NCBI GenBank assembly: GCA_021812305.1
Contig: JAKAOB010000001.1
Location: forward strand, 1 to 51,234
Source: Thermoplasmata archaeon
GTDB taxonomy: Archaea > Thermoplasmatota > Thermoplasmata > Lutacidiplasmatales > UBA184
DNA: 51,234 nt
Reading direction: 5' to 3'
The translations under genes were made by a program, and so were the position numbers. This document shows, piece by piece, positions 8,805-16,620 of this stretch; the stretch's first letter is position 1, and each line of letters starts with the position of its first letter. Under the pieces are notes generated by a model, which was not told the DNA's origin, did not search any database, and saw only the letters and a list, made by a program, of their open reading frames with translations.

Positions 8805-9432
8805 GCGCACGGGGCGGGCGCCCCACCGGGTCCCCGAGGAGGTCCTCGGCGCGATCGATGTCCACCTCAAGGAACGGGAGGTCCGGCGGGAGGAGCTCTA
8901 CGAGCGGGCGCGCTCGCTGCGCCGGCTCGCCCAGGGAACGATGGCCCGGATCCACGAGGGCGCGGCGGTCGACGACGCCGTCGAGGAGATCCGGGCACGG
9001 ACCCGCGAGCTCGCCCGGGCGCTGGACGCCGGCGGGCGCGGGGACGAGGGGATCGCCCACGACGCCTTCCAGGAGGCCGCCGAGGCGGGTCTCCTCCATG
9101 CGATCGTGCGGGACGAGCCGCTCCCGTCGCCCTCGGCGCTCGGGGTCGCGCCGGAAGCCTACCTGCTCGGCCTGGGGGATGTCATCGGGGAGGTGCGGCG
9201 GCTCGTGCTCGCGGACCTGGCCCGCGGCCGCCTCGACTCGGCCGAGTCGCGCCTCGCGCTGATGGACGTGCTCTACCGATCGCTGCTCCGTTTCGATACG
9301 ACGCGGGCGATCCTGCCGCTCAAGCCCAAGCAGGACACGGCGCGCTCGCTCCTCGAGCGGACCCGCGGCGAGGTCACGATGGCCCGGGTCCTGGCCCGCG
9401 GCCCGGCGCACGGACGGACGGAGGAGGCATGA
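8779..9432 (+). CDS. Translin-family protein (archaeal translin/TRAX-like)
   Basis: ATG 8779 lies inside the long tracked ORF 7876..9432 and overlaps the preceding gene by 26 nt. The motif PEAYLLGLGDVIGEVRRLVL is the characteristic translin YLxGLxDxxGEL pattern. The rest is helical. Confidence 0.75.
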   Translation: MSGSPPTAERTGRAPHRVPEEVLGAIDVHLKEREVRREELYERARSLRRLAQGTMARIHEGAAVDDAVEEIRARTRELARALDAGGRGDEGIAHDAFQEAAEAGLLHAIVRDEPLPSPSALGVAPEAYLLGLGDVIGEVRRLVLADLARGRLDSAESRLALMDVLYRSLLRFDTTRAILPLKPKQDTARSLLERTRGEVTMARVLARGPAHGRTEEA

Positions 9433-10220
9433 GCCGCGGACGCGAACGGATCGGGGTGATCGGCGGGTCGGGCATCGGCGAGTTCCTCGGGGGCGCCACG
9501 ACGGCCGTCCACCGGGTCTCGACTCCCTACGGCCCGCCGTCGGCCCCCATCGAAGAGGTCCGGGTCGGCGACCGCACGGCCCTGTTCCTTCCGCGCCACG
9601 GGGTCGGGCACACGATCCCGCCGCACCGCGTGAACTACCGGGCCAACATCGACGCCCTGTGCTCCTTGGGCGTCGAGGCGATCGTGACCGTGAGCTCCGT
9701 CGGCTCGCTGGCGGAGGGGCTCCCGCCGGGATCGTTCGTCCTGCCGACCCAGTTCATCGACTTCACCCGCCAGCGGCCCACCACGTTCTTCGACGGAGGG
9801 AAGGTCTTCCACGTCTCGATGGCCGATCCGTTCTGCCCGGACCTGCTCGGCCTCGCCACCGAGGCCGGGCGCGCGACGGGCCACCCCTTCGCGACGGGAC
9901 GGACCTACCTGTGCGTCGAGGGCCCGCGGTTCTCGACCCGGGCCGAGTCGCGCTATTTCCGCACCCTCGCGGATGTGATCGGCATGACGTTGGTCCCGGA
10001 GGTCACGCTCGCGCGGGAGCGCGGACGTTGCTACGCCTGCCTCGCGATGGTCACGGACTTCGACGTGTGGGCCGACACCCCGGTCGAGGCCCGCCAGGTC
10101 GTCGAGACGATGCGCCGCAACGTCGGAGGGATGCGCGAGGTGCTCTCCGATCTGCTGCAGCGGATGGCCGCGCCCGTCACCTGCCGCTGCGCCCACGCGC
10201 TGGACGAGGCGGGGATCTGA
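9429..10220 (+). CDS. mtnP: S-methyl-5'-thioadenosine phosphorylase (PNP/MTAP family)
   Basis: 263 aa, starting in an ATGA overlap with the translin stop. Motifs seen: IGVIGGSG, FLPRHGVGHTIPPHRVNYRANI, GPRFSTRAES and GMTLVPE. Confidence 0.9.
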   Translation: MSRGRERIGVIGGSGIGEFLGGATTAVHRVSTPYGPPSAPIEEVRVGDRTALFLPRHGVGHTIPPHRVNYRANIDALCSLGVEAIVTVSSVGSLAEGLPPGSFVLPTQFIDFTRQRPTTFFDGGKVFHVSMADPFCPDLLGLATEAGRATGHPFATGRTYLCVEGPRFSTRAESRYFRTLADVIGMTLVPEVTLARERGRCYACLAMVTDFDVWADTPVEARQVVETMRRNVGGMREVLSDLLQRMAAPVTCRCAHALDEAGI

Positions 10221-10224
10221 CCGG

Positions 10225-10443
10225 TCAGGCGCTGCGGGGGCCGCGGCGCACGTTGATCGGGATCACCCGGGCCCCGAACTCCCGTTCGGCGATCTCGACC
10301 GGGTCGATGAGCGTCGGGGGAACATCGATGAGGATGGGGGCGCCGAGCGAGATCTGGAGCGCCCGCGCCCCGAGGATGCGGGCGCGCTCGAAGCGCGTGT
10401 AGCCGTCCTCGGCGCCGATGGTCGCCGGGGCCCGGTCGCTCAC
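10225..10443 (-). CDS. rpoK: DNA-directed RNA polymerase subunit K (Rpb6/omega homologue)
   Basis: The core is [28 protein letters not shown]...[10 protein letters not shown]...VIPINVRR. The maximal ORF extends to GTG 10497. However, a TATA-like GTAAATA at 10508-10514 lies only about 11-17 nt from that codon, so I prefer the internal GTG 10443. The start is uncertain. Confidence 0.8.
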   Translation of the reverse strand: MSDRAPATIGAEDGYTRFERARILGARALQISLGAPILIDVPPTLIDPVEIAEREFGARVIPINVRRGPRSA

Positions 10444-10538
10444 GTCCGCACCACTCAGGGCCGCGAGGGCAGGTGCGGCCGTCAAGGGCTCGCCCACTCG
10501 GGGCTAGGTATTTACCCTTTGCGCGGCGGCACGCGATG

Positions 10539-10576
10539 CCGGCCCCGGAGGGCTCGGGCGGTACCCTCCGGGCCGG
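10539..10576 (-). terminator. GC-rich hairpin downstream of the alpha/beta-hydrolase gene (possible 3'-end structure)
   Basis: CCGGCCCCGGAGGG (10539-10552) and CCCTCCGGGCCGG (10564-10576) form about 13 bp with a 1-nt bulge and an 11-nt loop, 12 nt after the stop at 10588. No oligo-T follows, so a terminator role is weak. Confidence 0.25.
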
Positions 10577-10587
10577 CCGCGTCGCGC

Positions 10588-11460
10588 TCAGTCGCCGGTG
10601 ACGTCGAGGAGGAACTCGCGGATCGCCCCGAGGAACTCCCGCGGCTGCTCGAGCTGGCCGAGGTGGCTCGACCGGGGGAGGACCCTCAGGTGGGCCGGCA
10701 CGATGCGGTCCGCCATCTCTCGCGCGGCCTCGAACAGCGAGTCGTAGCGCCCCGTGAGGACGAGGGTCGGTACCTCGATCTGGGAGTAGTACCGGCGGCC
10801 GTCCCACCGAGCGAGGGTGCCGTCGACGGCGAACTCGTCCCCGGTACGGGTCATCATCGTCCGGTACACCTCCTTCGAAAGCCGGGCCGCCTTGAGGTCA
10901 CGCGGTCGGCTGTCGAGGAACCGCTCCGAGAACGGTCGGACGATCTCCGTCGCGAGCGCCTGGTACCCCGGCGCGTCGAACGCCTTGCGCTTCGTGAGCT
11001 CGCGCAGGCGTTCCCGTTGACGGGGGGTCGCGGCGGCCAGCACCATCCGGTTCGCCGCGCGCACCTCGGCGGCGCTGCCGGCGGTGTGGCAGAGGAGCAG
11101 CGAGGTGAGCTGGGCGGGATGGCGATGCGCGTACTCGAGGGCGACGAACCCGCCCGCCGAGAACCCGAGCAGGTGGAGCTCGTCGATGTCGAGCGCGCGA
11201 CGGATCGCCTCGACGTCCTCGGCCAGGTTGGGAACGGTGTACGTGCTCGGCCGCTTCGGCCGCCACGACCCACCGACCCCTCGGGGGTTGAACAGGACGA
11301 CCCGGAGGTGGGCGTTCGCCAGCTGGAGAAGCGGGCGCAGGTAGTGGTAGGTGTACCCCGGTCCGCCGGGGTGCACGAGGAGGGTCGCCGGCCCCTCCCC
11401 CTGGGCCACGTACTCGAACCCGCGACGGCCCTCGACCGTCACGCACCGTACGCGGGCCAT
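10588..11460 (-). CDS. Alpha/beta hydrolase, proline iminopeptidase-like (tricorn-interacting factor F1-like)
   Basis: 290 aa. Supporting sequence: the LLVHPGGPGYTYHYL oxyanion region, the nucleophile elbow GFSAGGFVALEYA (GxSxG), and a C-terminal SSHLGQLEQP His region. A TATA-like GATTAAGCC lies 22-32 nt upstream of ATG 11460. Confidence 0.85.
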   Translation of the reverse strand: MARVRCVTVEGRRGFEYVAQGEGPATLLVHPGGPGYTYHYLRPLLQLANAHLRVVLFNPRGVGGSWRPKRPSTYTVPNLAEDVEAIRRALDIDELHLLGFSAGGFVALEYAHRHPAQLTSLLLCHTAGSAAEVRAANRMVLAAATPRQRERLRELTKRKAFDAPGYQALATEIVRPFSERFLDSRPRDLKAARLSKEVYRTMMTRTGDEFAVDGTLARWDGRRYYSQIEVPTLVLTGRYDSLFEAAREMADRIVPAHLRVLPRSSHLGQLEQPREFLGAIREFLLDVTGD

Positions 11461-11753
11461 AGCGCGTGCATGGACTCCTCGGCTTAATCTTCATTCCGTC
11501 GACCGCCCGCGGCCCCGGCCGACGCCGCGGCGCGGCGCGCGGGCGCCGATCCGCGCCTCGGAATTGGACGCAGGATAAAATAGACGGACGACCACGATAC
11601 GCCGACCCGGACCCGGCGTGTCCGAGGTCGACCCCCACGGTCGTGCGAGAATCCCCCGTAAGCCCGCACCCGCCGGCCTTCCCCCGGAGCCCGCCCCCCT
11701 CCCGGGGCGATCGTGCGATCCCTCGGGGACCGTTGACCCTTCCGGGGCGATCG

Positions 11754-13238
11754 GTGGACGCCCGGCGCCGGTGGAGGCGGGCGCTTCGGACGTCGAGCGG
11801 GGAGCACCCGACCTGGACCCTCCTGGTCGCGATCGTCCTTGCGGTCCCGCTCCCGGTCCTCGCCGTCGCCGCTCCGCCGAGGGCGGGTCCCGGCACCGGG
11901 CCGGCACCGGCCGCCCGATCGGCCGCGCTGCCCCAGGGGGTTCGGATCGTGGCCGCGACGGCGACGCTCGGAGGGTACCTGGGAAGCCACGGGTCGAACG
12001 CGTTCTGGGGGATCGAGTTCACCGACGACTCCACCCCGACGCGGGCGCTCGTGGCGGTCGGCGACTACCTCAACACCACCCCGATCAGCTGGTTCCGTTT
12101 CGGGGGCGACGGGTCCGCGTACGACCCGACGACCAGCACGCTATACTCGCCTCCCAGCAACGGGACGGGGACGTACGTCGCGGCCACGGAGCAGCTGTGG
12201 AACCTCACCTGGTTCCGCAGCTTCTGCCTGACGCGTCCTACCTGCTACTGGCTCTCCTCGCTGCCCGGGGAGGAGAACAACACGCAGGCGGCGGTCCACT
12301 ACGCGAAGTGGTACCACAACGTCCTCGGGTTGGTCCCGACGCGCTGGGAGTTCGGCAACGAGCCGTCGCAGTGGACCGACTTCGGGATGAACATCACCAC
12401 CTGGTCGACCTCCGCGTCCCTCCACCCCACCGGACCGGGATACGCCGCGATGGTGCGCGCCTACATTCGCGTTGTCTCCCGGTGGTTCCCGGGCGACCAG
12501 TACATCGGGCTCGAGGCCGCGTGCGCGTGCAACCGGCTCCTCGCGGAGGACACGGCGGCGACCGACGGGGCGACCGTCTCCTCGGTGGCGTACCACAGCT
12601 ACCCGACGATCCCGGGGTCGAACACCTCGCTCAGCCAGTTCTACGGGACCCTCCAGTCCCGCGCGAACATCACGACGACGGCCGCCCGCTTCCGCGCGAA
12701 CGTGGCCCTCGGGTGCGCGACCTGCACCGACATCCCGATCGACCTCGGAGAGTACCAGGCCGGTCCGTTCCATGCGTTCAGTCCGTTCACGCAGACCTAC
12801 GCCGGCGCTCCGTGGCTCGCGGCGTCGGCGATCCAGGCCCTCTACCAGAACCTGTCGATGTTCACCGTCTTTGACTGGAACGCGCTCTACAACGCCTCGA
12901 CCTCGAACGTCACGTGGGAGGGCAAGCTCTACCAGCGCCTGCTCCCCAACCTCACGATGGGCCGCGACTATGCCGTGAACGTGGCGGCGCCGGGCGTCGG
13001 GGGCGTCGAGGCGCTCCTCACGGTGAACGGAACGCACGAGTCGTTGCTCGTGGTGAACACGAACACGACCCAGGCGCTCAACCTTTCGATCGTACGGGCG
13101 CTCTTCCCCGTCGGCGCGCTCGGCTCGTACTGGACCTGGGCCCCCGGTCAAGGCCTGCCCCTGGCCCATCGCAACGTGCGGCTGGCGACCAGCTACCTCG
13201 TTCCGGCCCAGGGGATCCTGCTGCTCGACAACTACTGA
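11754..13238 (+). CDS. Secreted, heavily N-glycosylation-sequon-rich protein with clan GH-A (TIM-barrel) glycoside-hydrolase-like motifs
   Basis: The N-terminus VDARRRWRRALRTSSGEHPTWTLLVAIVLAVPLPVLAVAAPP has a positive n-region followed by a hydrophobic segment. WEFGNEPSQW resembles the acid/base NEP motif and IDLGEYQ is a possible nucleophile. I counted 14 N-x-S/T sequons. The start is uncertain: an in-frame GTG at 11643 and the tracked start at 11466 are alternatives. Confidence 0.6.
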   Translation: MDARRRWRRALRTSSGEHPTWTLLVAIVLAVPLPVLAVAAPPRAGPGTGPAPAARSAALPQGVRIVAATATLGGYLGSHGSNAFWGIEFTDDSTPTRALVAVGDYLNTTPISWFRFGGDGSAYDPTTSTLYSPPSNGTGTYVAATEQLWNLTWFRSFCLTRPTCYWLSSLPGEENNTQAAVHYAKWYHNVLGLVPTRWEFGNEPSQWTDFGMNITTWSTSASLHPTGPGYAAMVRAYIRVVSRWFPGDQYIGLEAACACNRLLAEDTAATDGATVSSVAYHSYPTIPGSNTSLSQFYGTLQSRANITTTAARFRANVALGCATCTDIPIDLGEYQAGPFHAFSPFTQTYAGAPWLAASAIQALYQNLSMFTVFDWNALYNASTSNVTWEGKLYQRLLPNLTMGRDYAVNVAAPGVGGVEALLTVNGTHESLLVVNTNTTQALNLSIVRALFPVGALGSYWTWAPGQGLPLAHRNVRLATSYLVPAQGILLLDNY

Positions 13239-13797
13239 GCCGCTGCCGACCCCGCCGGGCATCGGTTCGACGTCCGCCGGCCGTCGGGTCCCTCCGGGGA
13301 CGAGAACCTCGCGGCCCGGCGACCATTACCTCCGGGGACCCGAGGGCGGACGCTCCCCGCTTCCGGTCGGCCGGAGCCGCCCCCGCCCAGAAACGGCCCT
13401 CCCCGGGTGCCTGGACCGCGCTCGGCCTACCGCAGTGCCGTAGAAGGCGGAGGGCAGGTCGCGCAGCACGATCCCCCCACCGAGCAGCACGCGCAGCACC
13501 GGCAACAGCCCTGGGCGCAGGTACAGCAGGAACAGGAGATGCGGTTCCCTGTCGGGTCGGTCCCGTGCATGTCGCCCGGAGCCATGATGGGTCGGGAGAA
13601 AGACCCTTCGGGGCGTTCCCTTTCCGGCCGCGCCGCGTCGATACCGACCTGATCAACGGCCGCGGCGCGCCGATGCGCGGTGTCGGGCGCACGGTCCCCC
13701 GATGCAGGTGGAGGGGCATGGCCACGAACGGCGGGATGCGGGCCCCTGGACCGCACCGCTCACCGGCAGAAAGTGGCCCGGGGGGCAACCGGGGCGA

Positions 13798-13871
13798 TGC
13801 GGGCACCGGGATTTGAACCCGGGTTATAGGCTTGGCAAGCCTATGTGATAACCAGACTACACTATGCCCGC
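13798..13871 (-). tRNA. tRNA-Gly (anticodon GCC)
   Basis: The reverse complement is GCGGGCAUAGUGUAGUCUGGUUAUCACAUAGGCUUGCCAAGCCUAUAACCCGGGUUCAAAUCCCGGUGCCCGCA. It shows a 7-bp acceptor stem, anticodon stem UAGGC/GCCUA with loop UUGCCAA, and T-arm CCGGG-UUCAAAU-CCCGG. CCA is not encoded. Confidence 0.9.
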
Positions 13872-14004
13872 GCGGCCCGCGAGATCCAGGACCGGCGGCG
13901 CGCACTGGGTCTCTCCATATAAGTGATGCTCCGGAACCGCCCGGCTCCGGGTTATAGGCGCACCCCGCAGTTCCCGCCGAACCGAGGATCGGGGGCCGGC
14001 ACCG

Positions 14005-14781
14005 ATGGAACCGCTCAGGGAGGGGGAAACGGTCGTCCTCCGGCGTCGAGGGGGACGGTCGCTCCTCGTCGAGCTCCGCCGGGGGCCCCAGGCGATCGAC
14101 GGCCAGGGCGTCCTGGATCTCAGTGCCCAGGTCGGAGCGGCCCCCGGGGCCACGGTGAGCTGGGCCGGGGCGGAGTACGTCCTGCTGCGGCCGTCGCTCT
14201 CCGACCTCCTCGGCCTGCTCCGGCGGCGCGCGCAGATCGTCACCCCGAAGGACGCGATGTACCTGCTCTACCTGGCGGGCGTCGGTCCGGGGAGCCGCGT
14301 CGCGGAGAGCGGGGCCGGCAGCGGTGCGCTCACGACGGTCCTCGCGTACGCGGTGGGCCCGGGAGGTCGCGTCTTCTCCTACGACCGCCGGTCGGATTTC
14401 CTCGAGGTCGCCCGCCGCAACGTCGCGCGGTGTGGCCTGTCCGACCGTGTCGAGTTCCGGGAGCGCGATGTCGCGGCGGCCGGGTTGGACGAATCGGATC
14501 TGGATGCGCTGATCCTCGACCTGCCCGAACCGTGGGAGGTCGTGCCTCGCGCGGTGGGGGCGATCCGACCCGGCGGGGCGATCGCGGCCTACGTCCCGAC
14601 GTACAACCAGCTTGAGCGAACGGTGTCCGCCTTTCGCTCGGCGCGCCTCGAGGAGATCCGGAGCGTCGAGCTGATCGAGCGCGCCCTCCATGTGGGGGAA
14701 GGCGGGACCCGCCCCGAGTTCGAGATGCTGGGCCACACTGGCTTTTTGATGGCCGGTCGGAGGGTCGCGGGACCGTGGTGA
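14005..14781 (+). CDS. trmI: tRNA (adenine-N1)-methyltransferase TrmI (Gcd14 family, m1A57/58)
   Basis: 258 aa. It has an N-terminal small beta domain, the IVTPKDAMYLLYLAG motif, the SAM motif VAESGAGSGALT, and DALILDLPEPW. Confidence 0.9.
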   Translation: MEPLREGETVVLRRRGGRSLLVELRRGPQAIDGQGVLDLSAQVGAAPGATVSWAGAEYVLLRPSLSDLLGLLRRRAQIVTPKDAMYLLYLAGVGPGSRVAESGAGSGALTTVLAYAVGPGGRVFSYDRRSDFLEVARRNVARCGLSDRVEFRERDVAAAGLDESDLDALILDLPEPWEVVPRAVGAIRPGGAIAAYVPTYNQLERTVSAFRSARLEEIRSVELIERALHVGEGGTRPEFEMLGHTGFLMAGRRVAGPW

Positions 14782-15536
14782 ACGGCGCCGTCGCCCTCGG
14801 CGGGATAGTCGGGGTGCTCCTCTCCGGGGCGTTCGTCTACTGGGAGATCGGCCGGTTCGCCGCCCCCCAGGTTCCCCAGTCGCTCTTCGACGAGCGGCGC
14901 GAGCTGTTCGCCTACACCGCGGGCTTGTTCGTCGGGGTCCCGATCGCCTTCGTCTACCTGCTCCTCACCGCCGCCGTCGCCAACGCCGCCCTCATCTCGG
15001 CGATCGTCGATCTCGCGATCCTGGTCGTCGCGACGGAGCTGGCCGAGTGGGCGCTGGCCCGCAGCCACTACTTCGGCCGGAACGAATCGACCCCCCTCTA
15101 CGCCCTCGGCTTCCGTGCGGCCGTCGGTGGCATCGTGGTCGTCGCCGCGGTCGCGGGCTACCTCGGAAGCCCGACGCTCAGCGCCGCGGGCCTGGTCGCC
15201 GTCGCGGCGGGGGCCATCGCCCTGGTGTCGCTCCAGGTGGGGGGAGCCCTGCTCTCCCTGCCCCGGGCGCCCTGGGCACCGACGGCCCGGGGCGGACCCG
15301 TCTCGGGCGCGGCCGTCGGGGCGGCGGCCTACGGGGTGCTCGTCCTCGGGGGCACCCTGGGGGCCGAGGGGGCGATCGCCGCCGCCCTGCTGGTCGTGGC
15401 GGGAGAAGCGGGGGTGTACCGGCGCCTTCGTCGGCGCATCCTCGATCCCCGTCTCACGGCGCCATCGAAGAAGGAAGAAGGGGAAGGGGTTCCACCCCCC
15501 GCGGAGCGGGGGGGGTTCGGCCGGACGGATCGCTGA
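14775..15536 (+). CDS. Multi-pass integral membrane protein, function unknown
   Basis: 253 aa with about 7 hydrophobic segments and a charged C-terminal tail. GTG GTG at 14775/14778 overlaps the trmI stop (GTGA), suggesting translational coupling. No catalytic motif was recognised. Confidence 0.7.
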   Translation: MVNGAVALGGIVGVLLSGAFVYWEIGRFAAPQVPQSLFDERRELFAYTAGLFVGVPIAFVYLLLTAAVANAALISAIVDLAILVVATELAEWALARSHYFGRNESTPLYALGFRAAVGGIVVVAAVAGYLGSPTLSAAGLVAVAAGAIALVSLQVGGALLSLPRAPWAPTARGGPVSGAAVGAAAYGVLVLGGTLGAEGAIAAALLVVAGEAGVYRRLRRRILDPRLTAPSKKEEGEGVPPPAERGGFGRTDR

Positions 15537-15545
15537 GCCGGGTCG

Positions 15546-16016
15546 CTACGGCAGCCCCGAGATCACCTTGATGTTCATCAGCAGCGAGAACATCAGCCAG
15601 ATGCTGAGGACGACGAGGACAACGTTCACCCAGCGGTCGGCGATGACCCAACGGACGTCCTCCGGACGGCCGGAGACGGGGTTCTGGAGTCCCCAGTGGA
15701 GCTTGAGGCCCGCGGCGCCCCCGAGGAAGAACAGGGCGATCGTCCAGATGATCTCCGAGGCCAGGATCGCGTTGGCGTCGCTCGCGGCGTACCCCGTGCA
15801 GCTCGCGGGGGTCGTGATGCACCCGCCGGGAACATTGCCGAAGGACACGGCGATGATCGTTCCCACGAAGAGCAGGACGAAGCCGAGGATCCGACCCCAC
15901 AGCGCGAGGAGGGGGATCAGCGACGATCGGGGGATCAGGGGCTGCGCGGCGGTCGGCATCCAGACCGGCGGAGGGGCCGACGGGGACGGCGGCGCGGGGG
16001 GCAGCGAGGTCGCCAT
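15546..16016 (-). CDS. Small membrane protein (3 predicted TM segments), function unknown
   Basis: I place the start at ATG 16016 (MATSLPPAPPSPS...) rather than the tracked 16124, because GATTAAGAAAGG lies about 25-35 nt upstream of that ATG. The protein has a Pro-rich N-terminus followed by hydrophobic segments. Confidence 0.6.
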   Translation of the reverse strand: MATSLPPAPPSPSAPPPVWMPTAAQPLIPRSSLIPLLALWGRILGFVLLFVGTIIAVSFGNVPGGCITTPASCTGYAASDANAILASEIIWTIALFFLGGAAGLKLHWGLQNPVSGRPEDVRWVIADRWVNVVLVVLSIWLMFSLLMNIKVISGLP

Positions 16017-16151
16017 GCGTATATCTCCGTCGGACCCCTTTCTTAATCCTTCGCCTGAGATGGAAAGTCGTTCGTCGGCGGCGTAAGCCCCGACCGGGGG
16101 GCCCCGGCCCGTCCAAAACTTCATAGGAGGCCGGACCTCCCGGCCCCCGAC

Positions 16152-16577
16152 ATGGCCCAGGAGGGGGAGGCGCTACCGCTCGGCAGCCGCCTCCGCCGCG
16201 CCCTCCGCCAGCAGCGGTTCCTGCTCTCGGGGGTCGTTCTCGCCGCCGGGATCCTTCTCACGGTGCTCGCGATCGGGGACTTCACCCCCCTGTCGTCGAC
16301 GTCGCCGTTCCCTGCGATCAACGCCGTCACCGACACCCCGACCGCGAACTACAACCTGGTCTTCGTCATCGTGGGCCCGATCGTCATCATCATCGGCGCC
16401 TACCTGGTCGGGGCGTACTATCTCGCCCGCCACCGCTTCGAGCACCTGATGAAGACGAAGAGCAAGGCCGAGTTCCTCCGGAACCTCCCCGAGGTCGAGG
16501 ATCTCCTCTGGGACCTCACGCCCGAGGACGAGCTCCGGTACGAGGACAAGAAGGTCGAGCTCCGCATCCGCCGGTAG
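16152..16577 (+). CDS. Small membrane protein (2 TM) with a charged helical C-terminal tail, function unknown
   Basis: 141 aa with hydrophobic segments FLLSGVVLAAGILLTVLAI and LVFVIVGPIVIIIGAYLVGAYYL. The C-terminus KTKSKAEFLRNLPEVEDLLWDLTPEDELRYEDKKVELRIRR is charged. GC3 is high. Confidence 0.65.
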   Translation: MAQEGEALPLGSRLRRALRQQRFLLSGVVLAAGILLTVLAIGDFTPLSSTSPFPAINAVTDTPTANYNLVFVIVGPIVIIIGAYLVGAYYLARHRFEHLMKTKSKAEFLRNLPEVEDLLWDLTPEDELRYEDKKVELRIRR

Positions 16578-16620
16578 GTTCCGGGCGTCGGGTTAAGTAC
16601 CGCGCCCGGGTGGTCGGCCC

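Noticed and set aside
13410-13754. 10-nt direct repeat CCTGGACCGC at 13410-13419 and 13745-13754 as possible att sites of an element integrated beside the tRNA
   Set aside because: The repeats enclose only about 335 bp with no integrase or cargo and do not overlap the tRNA gene. A 10-mer match in GC-rich sequence is weak evidence.
13381-13797. Possible SRP (7S) RNA or RNase P RNA next to tRNA-Gly
   Set aside because: The minus strand has GGCCGGAAAGGGAACGCC, superficially like the SRP helix-8 GGAA tetraloop region, but the flanking AGCA/GGUCC asymmetric-loop motifs are missing. The plus-strand GGGAGAAAGACCC matches the invariant RNase P CR-I GAGGAAAGUCC at only 8 of 11 positions, and no ACAGAA/GGCUUA CR-IV/V partner exists. 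I could not support either call by eye, and a covariance-model scan is still advisable.
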